From the human T2T-CHM13v2.0 reference genome, Homo sapiens, in assembly GCF_009914755.1 (NCBI RefSeq), contig NC_060931.1: a stretch of 64,000 nucleotides of DNA, one strand, 5' to 3'. Positions 25,796 to 38,095 of this stretch are shown here, in pieces; position 1 is the first letter of the stretch, and each line of letters starts with the position of its first letter. The position numbers and the translations under genes were made by a program. A model generated the notes under the pieces. The model was not told the DNA's origin and ran no database searches. It saw nothing but the letters and a program-made list of their open reading frames with translations.

Positions 25796-28700
25796 GCCCT
25801 CATGAACATGCTCTAAAGGCCCATATCCAGCAGGCGATCCCTCCACATCAACCAGATGGGGCGCAGGAAGGTCTGGGAGGCCCCAGCCCTCCAAAGAGGG
25901 GAGGGGGCGAGCGGGGTGCTAGGCACAGCTGCTAGCAGGGCACATCAGCTGGGCAGGACAGAGTCTGGAGGAGGAGTGGGAGAGGGAGGAGGAAGAGCAG
26001 GAGTAGAGGGTGGGGGTTGGGTGAGGCTGGGGGAAAGAGGCTGTGAAAAGAAGCCTAGGGAGAAATGGAGCAAGAAGCATCTTTAAGAACCAGGCACCCA
26101 GCAGTGGGGGAGAAACACAGGAGGGGCACACTTAGGCCCCCTGGGGACCCTCAAGGGACAACGAACCCAACAGGATAAAACCTCCGGCAGACTCGCCTGT
26201 CAGGAAAAACACAAGGTGGCACGTGTCCTAGGAGGGAAGCCAGCGGAAGAAGGGTCCCACATCTGGGGAACCCAGGAGGGCTTCCTGGAGAAGGTGTCTA
26301 CAAGCGAGCTGGGCCCAGGTGAAGAGGATGGAGCAGGTGGGCCTTGATGCTGGGGTTCCAGGGAAAACCGCAGACACAAGTTGGCAGCTTCTTCCTGCGG
26401 GGACTTCACTGCTCAGAAATGAAACCGATGGACCAAGGTGGGGTCTTGGCAACCATGATGGATGTGCCAGGAACATGGCCCCACTTACTCCTGTGGGTCA
26501 GACGTAACTGTACCTGCTTTACAGATGAGGCAGAGGCCCAGCCAGCACCCCCCTGGCAACAGCTGCACTTGGGCACCAGCCCACAAGCTCACCTAGAGTC
26601 AGCCCCCTGCCTGGGTTGCCCAGAGCTCCCCATGCCAGGCCCACCCCGCAGCTCTCAGCCCCGCCTGCAAACATCAACTTGTAAAGCCCTTCCATACTTT
26701 ACTTAATCTCCCTGATCCTGTGAGCTTCAAGCATGAAAACACAGTGCATGTCACACATGGGGAAAGTGGGTAAGCTAAAAGCAACCTCGTTCCCTGACAT
26801 TGTCCACCTGAGCCAGCCCCCGGAACATGGCCCAGAGCAGGCATGGTGGGTGGCCGGAAGGGTGGGGAGCGGGGCCTCTGCGGGCACCAGGCCTTGCTGG
26901 TGGAGCACTGGGCCAGTGGACCGTCTGTCCTTCCGGAGGCGGCTGCCTCAGCTCCATGGCTTCTGACCCAGCACATCCAGCCCTCAGGACCTGCAAAGTC
27001 ACATTCACACGGGCCTTGGGCCAGGACAGGCCGTGGTCCAGAAGGTCAGGTCAGGCCAGGCCTGCCACTGGAAAGAAGGGACAGCAAGGGCTGGAGGATG
27101 GGCAGTGAGGGGGCGGCCTGGGGAGGCGCCAAGGCTCCAGATCACAAGAGTCTAGGAAGGCGGGCAGGATGCCTGGCAAGAGCTGCGGGGCCCAGGCCAG
27201 ACCCCTGCAGGAACCACGGCTCCTCAGGGCGAGCCCGGCCTCCCGTACGCTGTGTGTCCTTTAGGCCTGGGGCGAGCAGGGCTGGGGAGCTGGCCAGCTC
27301 CTGGGCTCTCTGTCCGCCTGCCTCCTCCTCCTGGGGCCCCCTTCCTGCCTCTCCCTGACCTCAGGAGCCTGGGGGCTGAGAGGGCTCCAAGGCGGAAAGG
27401 AGGGCAGGGGTTCCTGCCCAGGCCATGGGGGCTGAAAGTCCGGCCACTGGCAAGCTGAGGCCAGCCCAAGCCTTCTGGTCTCAACATCCTGCCATGGCTG
27501 GGATCCTGGGCGGGCGGATGAGGGCCGGGGGAGCTGAGATGCTGGCTCGAGCAGGAAGAGCGGCAGGGCCCATGCTCGAGGGTATGACGGGGATGGACCT
27601 GGTGTCCAGCAAACCTGAGGACATTGGGCAGGGCTGCGCTTCAGAAGCCCATGCAGGGCTTACAGTGGTCAAGATGCTACTTGCTGACGGTGTTTTTAAA
27701 AAGTGACACAGGAGCACACACAATGGAACCCCAGGATCCCGAGTTCCCAGGTGTAAATGAACATGCCTAGGCATGTGCCTACGTATGAAACACCGAAAGG
27801 AAACACGGCGAAGCAGGACAGCGGCCGCCTTTCGCGGGAAGATGACGAGTGGCTTGCTTCCCTCTTTTGGATTTTCGACACTCTCAACAGAAAACACTGT
27901 GGAGGGTGCCCCAAGGTTCCGCTGCAGTTAGTCTTCCTAAGATTCGCTTCAACTACAGCACACGCAGGGATCCGGGGAAAACGCTGCCTCTTAATTTGTA
28001 AATGTTGATGTAACGAGTGATATGTTAAGTGATAACTGTTCATGGTACACCTTTATTAATACCTAATCATTTTAGAAACCTATGGAATTCGTATAATGCA
28101 TTAAACACCTCTGTGAATTATTCAAAGTATACAGAATTATACAAAAGCGAAGAAGTACATTTCTGATAGCTTAAAGACTTGGTGTGTTTTTATTATTCAA
28201 AGGTTTGAGAGTTTCAAGAGTGTAGAAATGGATGACTGTGATCTGAGAAGCAGGAAATCCACAAGGAACGCAGAGCAAGCCCGGCACGGTGCCCCCGTGC
28301 AGCGCAGGCTGTGAAGACGGGCGGGTTGTGCAGAAGGAGGAGGAAGAGCCGGGCTAAGGCTGAATCAGACAGGCAGCGGCTCACCGCTGTGAGACGCTGA
28401 CGGACATGCGTAGGCCGCACTGGGTACAGCTTTTATACAAATCAAAGTTGGTTCTCGGTTCCATAAAGACACGCAGAGGCTGCAGACTGCAGGCAGTTTA
28501 GACGCCCGTTCCAGACCACAGCAGTCCCAGGTGGGGCCCGTCTCTGCCTGTCCTCATCTCCCACAGCCACCGCCCCCTCCACCCTTCCTGAAGCAGCCAC
28601 ATGCCAAGACGGGGCCACGAGGTCATGCCGGGGCCACAATGCCACACCAGGCCGACGGCACCATCCTCACAAACCGGAGGTTAGCTCACCGGGGCAGTGA

Positions 28701-29390
28701 TGAACAAGCCCCTGTTGCCCTGGGTCTCCAGCTGCTGGAGGTCCAAGTGGGGCCACCTCCACCCTGAGGGTCAACACATAACACCCCAATTTCTGCTGTT
28801 GGACCCCGCTCGCCCGAGGACTCTTCATGTCCACAACGGTGGACCCAGTCTGGCTTCACCAGCAAACCAGAAGAGCGCCTGCTGGCTCGCAGGACGCGAG
28901 TGTAGAGATGCGGCTGGCTCTCCTTTCCTCTTCTAGTCTGTCTACCTTGCCCTGTGCTGGCCTCTGGGACTGCGCTGTCCCACTGCGCAGCCTGGCATCT
29001 TGGAAGGCGTCCCCTGCCCCGGCCCCACACGGACTTCAGTCCTCCCCAGGCACCGCTGCCTCTGGACACACTGACACACACGCCTACGGCCGCAGCCCTC
29101 ATGGAACGAAGCCCAAGTTGCGACAGACAGAGGCTGAGAAAGTCAGGGGGACAGCCTAGGGTCTTCTGCACCCAGGAGGTCCAGGGCTGCAAAGCCACAT
29201 AGGGTTGGCCCAAGGCTGAGAAGCCTCAGGGGGTGACGAGGACGGGCCAGTGCACCTCCTTCCCGCCCAGCCCTCCACACCATCCCCTTTGGACGCGAGG
29301 CTGCTCCTTTGCTGAGGGCTACGGTCGGATCTCCCCACAGGAGGAGACAGAGAGCGAGACAGCCGGAGAGCCGTCACACGCAGGACCCAC

Positions 29391-29581
29391 CTTGAAGATG
29401 AGGCAGTCGCCTGGGTGCTCGGCGTACAGCGAGGTCAGCCGGTACTGGTTCTCCGTGGTGATGTCGATCTGGTAGCCGGTGAGCGTGTAGCAGGCCTTGC
29501 GGAACTCCTGGATCTTGGTCTGGAAAACCTCCTTGAGCCGCTGGTTCTTCAGCTCGGCACTCTCCACCTGCTTCTTCAGCT
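29391..29581 (-). CDS. MAD1L1: Mitotic arrest deficient 1-like 1 (MAD1), internal coding exon of 191 bp (about aa 603-666; penultimate exon, 18 of 19 by recall)
   Basis: Translation (G)AG CTG AAG AAG... = [64 protein letters not shown], recognised as MAD1 including the Bub1-binding RLK motif (R617-K619). Minus-strand acceptor ctcactgtctccttccgtccctcccgcag|AG and donor TTCAAG|gtgggt. Phase 1 in, phase 0 out. Confidence 0.97.
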
Positions 29582-29610
29582 CTGCGGGAGGGACGGAAGG
29601 AGACAGTGAG
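29582..29610 (-). promoter_or_regulatory. MAD1L1: 3' splice site of the MAD1L1 exon: branch point, polypyrimidine tract and AG
   Basis: Minus strand CTCAC (yUnAy branch consensus, A at about -26 = position 29607), then tgtctccttccgtccctcccg and CAG. Confidence 0.85.
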
Positions 29611-32600
29611 TGCGGCACCAGGCCGGAGGGGTGGGGACCCGGGAGCGGCCAGGGCAGGGAGGAAGCCGAGTACAGGTGGGAGTGGCGGCTGCCCAGGGAC
29701 ACAGCAAGCCCCCGTGTCACACCAGCCAGCCTCCATCGGCATGCATGAGGGAACGGGAGTGAGGGGTGAGCTGATAACGGCTGACCCTCTGGTGGTGGCA
29801 ATAATAAAGTTACTGCATTAAGAACGGTAACTCTGAGAGCCAGACTACAAGCAGCCAGGGCCCCTCCACAGGGATCAGCCCTCGGCCTGCAGAATGACAA
29901 CCCCTGGAGCCAGCACAGTCACTGCCAGGAAGCCACAGGGTCAGGAAGCCACAGGGTCAGGCGTGACTCGGGGTTCGCTTGCCCCAACACTCCGGGGATT
30001 TAGGCGAGAACCGCGTGAGGAGCCGGTGCTGAGGATGTGGGTCCCAAAGCGAAGGCCTGGGCTGCCACGCCACCCAGTGATCCTGACCATCCATTCCCAG
30101 GTTGCCGCCTGGGTCCTTTCTGAGGCTGGACGCCTACCCCACAGGAGCCAGCACCGACAAACAGGGAGGCAGGCAGGAGGCCACCGGGACGTTCCGGATC
30201 CTACTGCCCTGGGGCTTTACCTGCCAGCCACCTCTGAGGTCAGGCCATCGTGAGACGACAGCCGGCACCCCCAGGCCCACTGCCCCTGACATGGCTCTAA
30301 GTGACTATTCAGGGTACAGCCCCACACCCTGCCCGTCAGAGTTTACGGCTGCTTGGGGAGGAACTGCTCTGCAGAGCCATCAGGAGGATAACAGCGATTA
30401 TCATGAATTTCTCACCCGAGAGGCCTTCCAAGTAGTTAAACCTCGATTTATCCCCGCGTTAATTATCAGGACTGGCTCCACTTAGACGCACACAGAGCCG
30501 TCCCCTAGGCCGGGTGCTTCCCAGCAGTGCTGTCTGGAGCTGGCAATGGGGAGCCCTCCAGGGGCCTGGGACTGCTCCAGGCGGGGACGGGAGCCTGCTG
30601 GACCCTATCCTGCAGGCCACGGGAGCTGGGCCAGCTGCTAGCCTCCCTCCACTATGACGAGGGACTGAATCACAGGACTGCTGTAGGCGCCCACAACCAG
30701 GCACGGGATGGTCAGCTCCCTGGCTAGGCTGAGAAAGAGGATGTTAAAGTCAACCACGGCCATATGGTTGGAGAGAACAAGGGTTCCAACTCCAGGCAGC
30801 GCCCGGGGGGAGGCTGGTCCTGAGTTAGAGATGAGTCTGAAGGCCCCAGAAAGGGTGTGGGGTCCCCCACAGTCCACTCTAGGGGAGTGTGAGGAAAGGT
30901 GCAGTGTGAGTGCCTGCTGGCCAGGTCACAGTGAGTGAGAGAGGGGCTGCCGGGGAGTTTGTGCACAGCGGCCCGAAGAGGCTCTGATGGGCCAGTTTAA
31001 GGTGGACGATGCAGTCCAGGTTGCTTCCTGGAGGTGAGCAGGGACAGGGGAGCCAGGTGCAAACCAGAAGCCCTCAAGTCTGCAGAGGAAGATGGAGGAC
31101 GCGGGAGGGGCCGCGGTTCCAGCTCGGCTCTGCCTCCCTGACCTGTGACTCTGAACCTACCCCTTCACCCCATCTCCCAGGACTTCTGCCTGCAACACGG
31201 ACACAGGCAGGCAGCTGCCTTCAGAGGTGTTAGGCCAGATCACGTGCCGGAGGCCACCGCCGAGAGCGCAGGGCCGCTGGGCACCCCCGATGGCGTGAGC
31301 TCAGTCGAGCAGCCCGTTCTGAGTGCAAGCTCACTCACTGCCTGGCTATGACAGCTATGAACACGATCCGATCCCCAATCCACACACAATGACACCCAGG
31401 CTCACAGAGACTCGCTGCTTAGCTGCAAAAGCAAGGGCGCTGCCTGCCATGGGTTCTGGAAGGAGCAGCGGTGCAGGGACCACGTTAGCAGCATCCAGAT
31501 GTCAGGGGCTGGGAGGATATGGGGCCTGTACAACCGCAGGCCTGTCAGCAGAGGGGCCCTGGCGCCCATCCACCTGTGGGATGGCAGCATTGGCACTGAT
31601 TCAGCCCTCGCCCCAACCTGGCCTCCTCCCTCCGTTGCTGGCAAAGACGGCCCTGGGGGACACTGTTATTCCACGGCCCAGCCCCTCCAGCAGGACGAGG
31701 CTGGGGCCCTTGATGAATCGAGCAATCAGGCTGTGAAATCTGAAGGCTAATTGGCAGCTCTGACCCCAAGACTCTTCCCTGCGTCCCTCGGCTGATCCTC
31801 CCGAAGATGGGGCTATCGGTAGCAGGAATTGCCACGTGCACAAGGAAGAACGCAGAGACCACATTTCAGAGGCCATATTTCACCCTAACATGGCCCGTGC
31901 TGCCTTTGATAGATCTCAGGCGTCCAAAGGGGAAGAATTAGATTTTGGTAATAAATGCAAGCCTGACCTTGGAGAAGGAAACAGCCCTGTTTTCCGATAG
32001 ACTTCAAAGCTGCCTGTGCCGCTCACAGACCTCTGGAAGTTCCGGGGCTCCAGGCTGTGTTTGCCCACCCATAGCAGGTTGGTATGAGGTCCCAGGGCGA
32101 GGAAGGCAGTGTGTGGGGCCCCCTCTCAGAGGCGAGACCACCACCCATGCGGCTGGGAGCAGCATGGGCCGCCGCACTCACTCCTGGGGCCACTCTCTCA
32201 CCCTCTGACAGACAAACCCAGGGCCCTGGAGGGGAAGGGTCCATCCTCCATGCCACACAGACCCTCGGAGGTGAGGGGGCCCTGATCCTGGTCTCCTGTC
32301 CACGTAGGGAAGGGTCCATCCTCCAGACAAGGCTGCCTCGACGGAGTCGGTTCAGTTTGGGGCAGATCAAGCCAGCGTTCTGACCCCCCTTTATCCCTGT
32401 AGTTCAGTGGCTTACATCAACGTGAATGAATAATTCACACGATGGTTTGGATTAAATAAATAAAAGATGGGTTTTCCGCCTTGGAAATGTCATTGCTTTC
32501 TTGTCGGTTGCTCTCACGTGGTCTCCTCCCAAGTGAGCCAAGAGCCCGGGGTTCCTCTGGACTGGGTTCTATGGGCCTGGATCCTGGGCAGGCTCCTCTC

Positions 32601-33931
32601 AGAGACCCCAGAAGCCAGTGGCAGAGACCCCCAGGGTGAGAGGCGACAGCCCTGTGCCCGACCCCAGCCCTGGGACCACATAGGCACTGCCCAGGCTGTT
32701 CTCAGGCCCGACCTGCAACAGCAGTGCATGGGCTGAGGCGAGACAGTGGTGCAGCCTTCAGCGCTCCCATCCCCTGCCCAGCCCGGCTCGCTGTGTGCTC
32801 AAGGCCTGCTGGGCCAGGGGTGCTCAGGGAGGGAGCCCAGCTCTGCAGCCCTGCTCTCTGGGGTGGCCTCACCAAGGCTTTTAGGCCCTCTCCGCTGACC
32901 TCCAGGGCTACCCCAGGCTTAGAGCCAAACCGTAGGGAGGCCTTGAGCCCAGCCCACCCACAGCCCTGGCTCCTGCCTTCCCTGCCCGGGGATGTTGAAC
33001 TCTGGCCACACTGACCAGGAGCACCTGCCTAGGAAGCAGCAACTCCCCTCTGCCTAGATACCGGCCCTCCTCGGGCCCCTCCTCCACACCCCTGGGACCC
33101 CTGCTTTGGGCAGAACCGGCCCTCTTAGAGGTACCTGCTACCACCTTGCAGGGATGCAGGGACACAGGCCTGGTACTGATGGGCTCTCAAGGCCTCGGTG
33201 AGGGGCAAGAGAGGAGGAAGAACAGCAGGTGTTCAAGTGGGAGTCAGAGAGGATGCAGCGGCGGCTGCCCAGGGCCCGGCCCAGTGGGGTGTACCAGGGG
33301 GCTGAAGGCATCCACGACACTGGTGCCTGAACAGCCACCCCCTCACCACCTTAGCCCCACACCTGCCTCCTCCTGGAATCACAGGAGGCAGCTGTGAAGA
33401 GGACAGAATAAAAATAAATTGTGCTCCATTAGGTAAAGGCTAGCTAGCAGGAAAGAGAGGCTTTACAGTACTGAGGGCCGGGATGTCAGGATAAAGGAGC
33501 ATTTACAGCACTTATCTCAAGAGGCCCAGTTCACAGCCTGAAACGCAGAAAATGCTTCTACCTTGGCAGGGCAGGGAGAGCCAGCACACAGCTGTGACCC
33601 ACGGGGATAGGGACAGAGATGCCGGGGCCCAGGCCTTTCAGAAGGAGGGAAAAGGAAAACGCGGTACTTTTCTCTACATCCTCTTTACTCCTTCGAGTGT
33701 TACGGGGCACACGCAGATGAGAGCAAGCAGAGAACCTTTTAAAGGTACCGACGGATCTTAGGAGTGCAGCCCCAGGGCACTGCCTGTCCACTTCCGCCCT
33801 TCCCCGGGGCCTGAGCTATACCCATGCAGAACCAGGTCGGCCGGGCTACGTGAGCCTCAGGGTGCAGGGAACCCTGTCTCAGGCTCCAGCCTCGCTGTAC
33901 GTCCTGCAGTGGGAAGGAGGACCCAGCAGCA

Positions 33932-36017
33932 GGCACCGTTCCAGAAAGCAAGGACGCAGTGGCCTACGGAAGACGATCTTGCGGAACTCATGATTGATGA
34001 AGCACTGTTCCAGGCAGCAAGGATGCAGTGGCCTATGGAAGACGCTCTTGCGGAAATCATGATTGATGAAGCACTGTTCCAGGCAGCGAGGATGCAGTGG
34101 CCTATGGAAGACGTTCTTGTGGAACTCATGATTGATGAAGCACTGTTCCAGGCAAGCGAGGACCCAGTGGCCTACAGAAGACGCTCTTGCGGAACTCATG
34201 ATTGATGAAGCACTGTTCCAGGCAGCGAGAATGCAGTGGCCTATGGAAGACACTCTTGTGGAATTCATGATTAATGAAGCACTGTTCCAGGCAGCGAGGA
34301 CGCAGTGGCCTATGGAAGACGCTCTTGCGGAACTCATGATTGATCCAGCACTGTTCCAGGCAGCAAGCACACGGTGGCCTATTGAAGACGCTCCTGCGGA
34401 ACTCATGATTGATGAAGCACTGCTCCAGGCAGTGAGGACGCAGTGGCCTACGGAAGACACTCTTGCGGAATTCATGATTGATGAAGCACTGTTCCAGGCA
34501 GCGAGGACGCAGTGGCCTACGGAAGACACTCTTGCGGAACTCATGATTGATGAAGCACTGTTCCAGGCAGCGAGGACACAGTGGCCTATGGAAGACGTTC
34601 TTGCGGAACTCATGATTGATGAAGCACTGTTCCAGGCAGCGAGGATGCAGTGGGCTACTGAAGACGCTCTTGCGGAACTCAAGATTGATCAAGCACTGTT
34701 CCAGGCAGCGAGGACGCAGTGGCCTATGGAAGACGCTCTTGCAGAATTCATGATTAATGAAGCACTGTTCCAGGCAGCGAGCACGCAGTGGCCTATTGAA
34801 GAAGCTCTTGCAGAACTCATGATTGATGAAGCACTGTTCCAGGCAGTGAGGATGCAGTGGCCTATGGAAGACGCTCTTGCGGAACTCATGATTGATGAAG
34901 CACTGCTCCAGGCAGCAAGGATGCAGTGGCCTATGGAAGACGCTCTTGCAGAATTCATGATTGATGAAGCACTGTTCCAGGCAGTGAGGACACAGTGGCC
35001 TATGAAAGATGCTCTTGCAGAACTCATAATTGATCAAGCACTGTTCCAGGCAGCGAGGATGCAGTGGCCTATGGAAGACGCTCTTGCAGAATTCATGATT
35101 AATGAAGCACTGTTCCAGGCAGCGAGCACGCAGTGGCCTATTGAAGAAGCTCTTGCGGAACTCATGATTGATGAAGCACTGTTCCAGGCAGTGAGGACGC
35201 AGTGGCCTATGGAAGACGCTCTTGCGGAACTCATGATTGATGAAGCACTGCTCCAGGCAGCAAGGATGCAGTGGCCTATGGAAGACGCTCTTGCAGAATT
35301 CATGATTGATGAAGCACTGTTCCAGGCAGTGAGGACACAGTGGCCTATGAAAGATGCTCTTGCGGAACTCATAATTGATCAAGCACTGTTCCAGGCAGCG
35401 AGGACGCAGTGGCCTATGGAAGATGCTCTTGCGGAACTCATGATTGATCAAGCACTGTTCCAGGCAGCGAGGACGCAGTGGCCTACGGAAGACGCTCTTG
35501 CAGAATTCATGATTAATGAAGCATTGTTCCAGGCAGCGAGGATGCAGTGGCCTATGGAAGACGCTCTTGCGGAATTCATGATTAATGAAGCACTGTTCCA
35601 GGCAGCGAGGACGCAGTGGCCTATGGAAGACGCTCTTGCGGAACTCATGATTGATCAATCACTGTTCCAGGCAGCAAGCACGCAGTGGCCTATTGAAGAC
35701 GCTCCTGCGGAACTCATGATTGATCAAGCACTGTTCCAGGCAAGCGAGGACGCAGTGGCCTATGGAAGACGCTCTTGCAGAACTCATGATTGATGAAGCA
35801 CTGTTCCAGGCAGCAAGCACGCAGTGGCCTATGGAAGACGCTCTTGCGGAACTCATGATTGATGAAGCACTGTTCCAGGCAGCGAGGACGCAGTGGCCTA
35901 TGGAAGACGCTCTTGTGGAACTCATGATTGATGAAGCACTGTTCCAGGCAGCGAGGACGCAGTAGCCTATGGAAGATGCTCTTGTGGAATTCATGATTGG
36001 TGAAGCACTGTTCCAGG
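33932..36017. repeat. 69-bp VNTR, about 30 copies (GGAACTCATGATTGATGAAGCACTGTTCCAGGCAGCGAGGACGCAGTGGCCTATGGAAGACGCTCTTGC)
   Basis: Strict 69-bp period; two 70-bp units (ggcaagcgagg at about 34151 and 35739); internal 345-bp (5-unit) duplication. Confidence 0.98.
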
Positions 36018-36132
36018 TGCTTGGAATAGCTCTGTGGGCCTGGGCTCTGTGACCTCCCTCTGGGACCTCTCCCGTGAGTGAGGCCGGCCTGACCCCCATC
36101 TGTGTCCTGGGATGATTTTAAGAGGAACCTGG

Positions 36133-36453
<321 letters not shown>

Positions 36454-37944
36454 TTACCAAGCACCCGCAGGCACCAGGCAGCACTGCCCTGAGGAGACCA
36501 GCCCCTGCACAGCTGAGGCAGCTGGCCCACGTGGGAAGACCCCACAGGAGGAAGAGACGCCAGCCCTGGTGCTTCTGTAGGGTCCCCGAACCCCAAGCAG
36601 CCTCTTCCCAGGCTGGCCTCGGTTGTGTATGCCAACACCGCTCCTGCTACCCCGTCCAGGATAACCCCGGCCATGCAGACAGATCTCCATGCTCCCACAG
36701 CAAGACTTGAGCTGAGGCAGGGCTCTCTCCTGGGATATTCATGCCCTGCTGGGTGCCCCGGCCTGGCTGCCACTGCAGCTGCATCTGGCCCTAGCCTGAC
36801 CTGGTCCCAGCCCCGCCCCAGGGCCCTGAGCCGCCCTCCCTTTCCAGCTGCCTCTCCTGCACCCTGCTTCTCCATCGCTCCAGTCTCTGGCTCCTGTTCT
36901 CCGCATGCTCTTTTCCTGCAGGGCACAGATTGTGGCGTCCACAGAGCTGTTTGAGATGCCTGGGCCTCACGCTCTTTCCCTGCAGTGCAACTGGGCCTCA
37001 TGCTGTTTCCCTGCGGCGCACCCTGAGCTCAGGTGGGCTGGGCCAGGCCTGTGCGCACTGTCACACCTGCCCTGCACCTGAGAACCCGGAACATGGAAGT
37101 GCGCGACGGGTGCGTGTTGAACACGCAGGTGAGCGAAGCCACCATCCCCTACAGACCTGAGCTCCTGCCCCTGCGCAAGCTACACAGTCAGCTTAACCAC
37201 AAGCAAGCACACACACAGCGGACGGGACACACACGCCTACTGCTGAACGTCCGTTTATCCCCGAACACGTGTGCGTCTGTCCCTGAACACCCGTGTTCAT
37301 CCCTGAACATACAGCCTTCCCATGGCCTCAGATGAAAAGCCCTTAAAATCAAGGCAGGCCGAAGAGAGGCCATGCCACTGCCCCGCCCCCAAGCCCCCAA
37401 CCCCATCCCTGCTGTGGCTAACAGGGTCACTGTGAGAGCCAGGGGCCTCCAGGGGCTTCAGCCTGCGAGGGGCGGTGAGGGCACCCATGGCCTCAGAGCA
37501 GCTCCCAGCTGCTCAGCCCTTGCCACGCCCCCATCCCCACTATCTCCCCACTGCCACCGCCTTGCCCCTGTCCCACGGTCCCCCAGCTCCTGCCCGACCT
37601 GGACCGGTGCCCCAGTGAGGAGCTGGCCTGGGTCTGGGCCCTGCACAGCTGCCACCGAGGACCCCAAGCCCCAGACTCTGCAGCAACTCTCGATTTAGGG
37701 ACTGGAGGCAGCTTCGGAACTTTTCCTTCAGGGACTCACGGCACAGCCATTTTTCTTTCTAAACAATGAATCAAATACAGTTAACCAATGTTGGGATTTT
37801 CAGGCTTTAAAAAACCCACAAAAAGGGACTAATATTTCACCATTAAACAAGGCAGCCCCTGAGGCCCAGGCCAAGCCAGGAGGACAATCCTACTCGGCGT
37901 AGGCCCGGCCCCACTGATGACGCCGCCACGGGGCCAGGAGGAAG

Positions 37945-38095
37945 GGAGTGATTCCAGGCTCCATACACTGCCTGTGCGTTCACGGACAAGTCACCTCATC
38001 TCTCTAAGCCCCCTTTCCTCCCTGGGTGTGGCAGGAGTGGGGGAAACATCACCTGCCCCCGGGTCAGTGAGACAGTGGAGGCGAAAACCCTCTCG
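37945..38095. mobile_element. MIR fragment
   Basis: ttccaggctcc...ggacaagtcacctcatctctctaagcccctttcctccctg. Confidence 0.6.

Noticed and set aside
29780-29800. CTCF-like motif (CCACCAGAGGGTCAG, minus strand) 200 bp upstream of the exon acceptor
   Set aside because: Mismatch in the core; such matches are frequent in GC-rich DNA and cannot be supported without ChIP data
29319-29900. 193-aa ORF as a standalone gene
   Set aside because: Only 29391-29581 matches MAD1 and is bounded by canonical splice sites; the flanks are intronic read-through
33932-36017. CRISPR-like array or bacterial repeat-protein gene
   Set aside because: Units are contiguous near-identical copies with no unique spacers and no cas genes; the context is a primate intron with Alus
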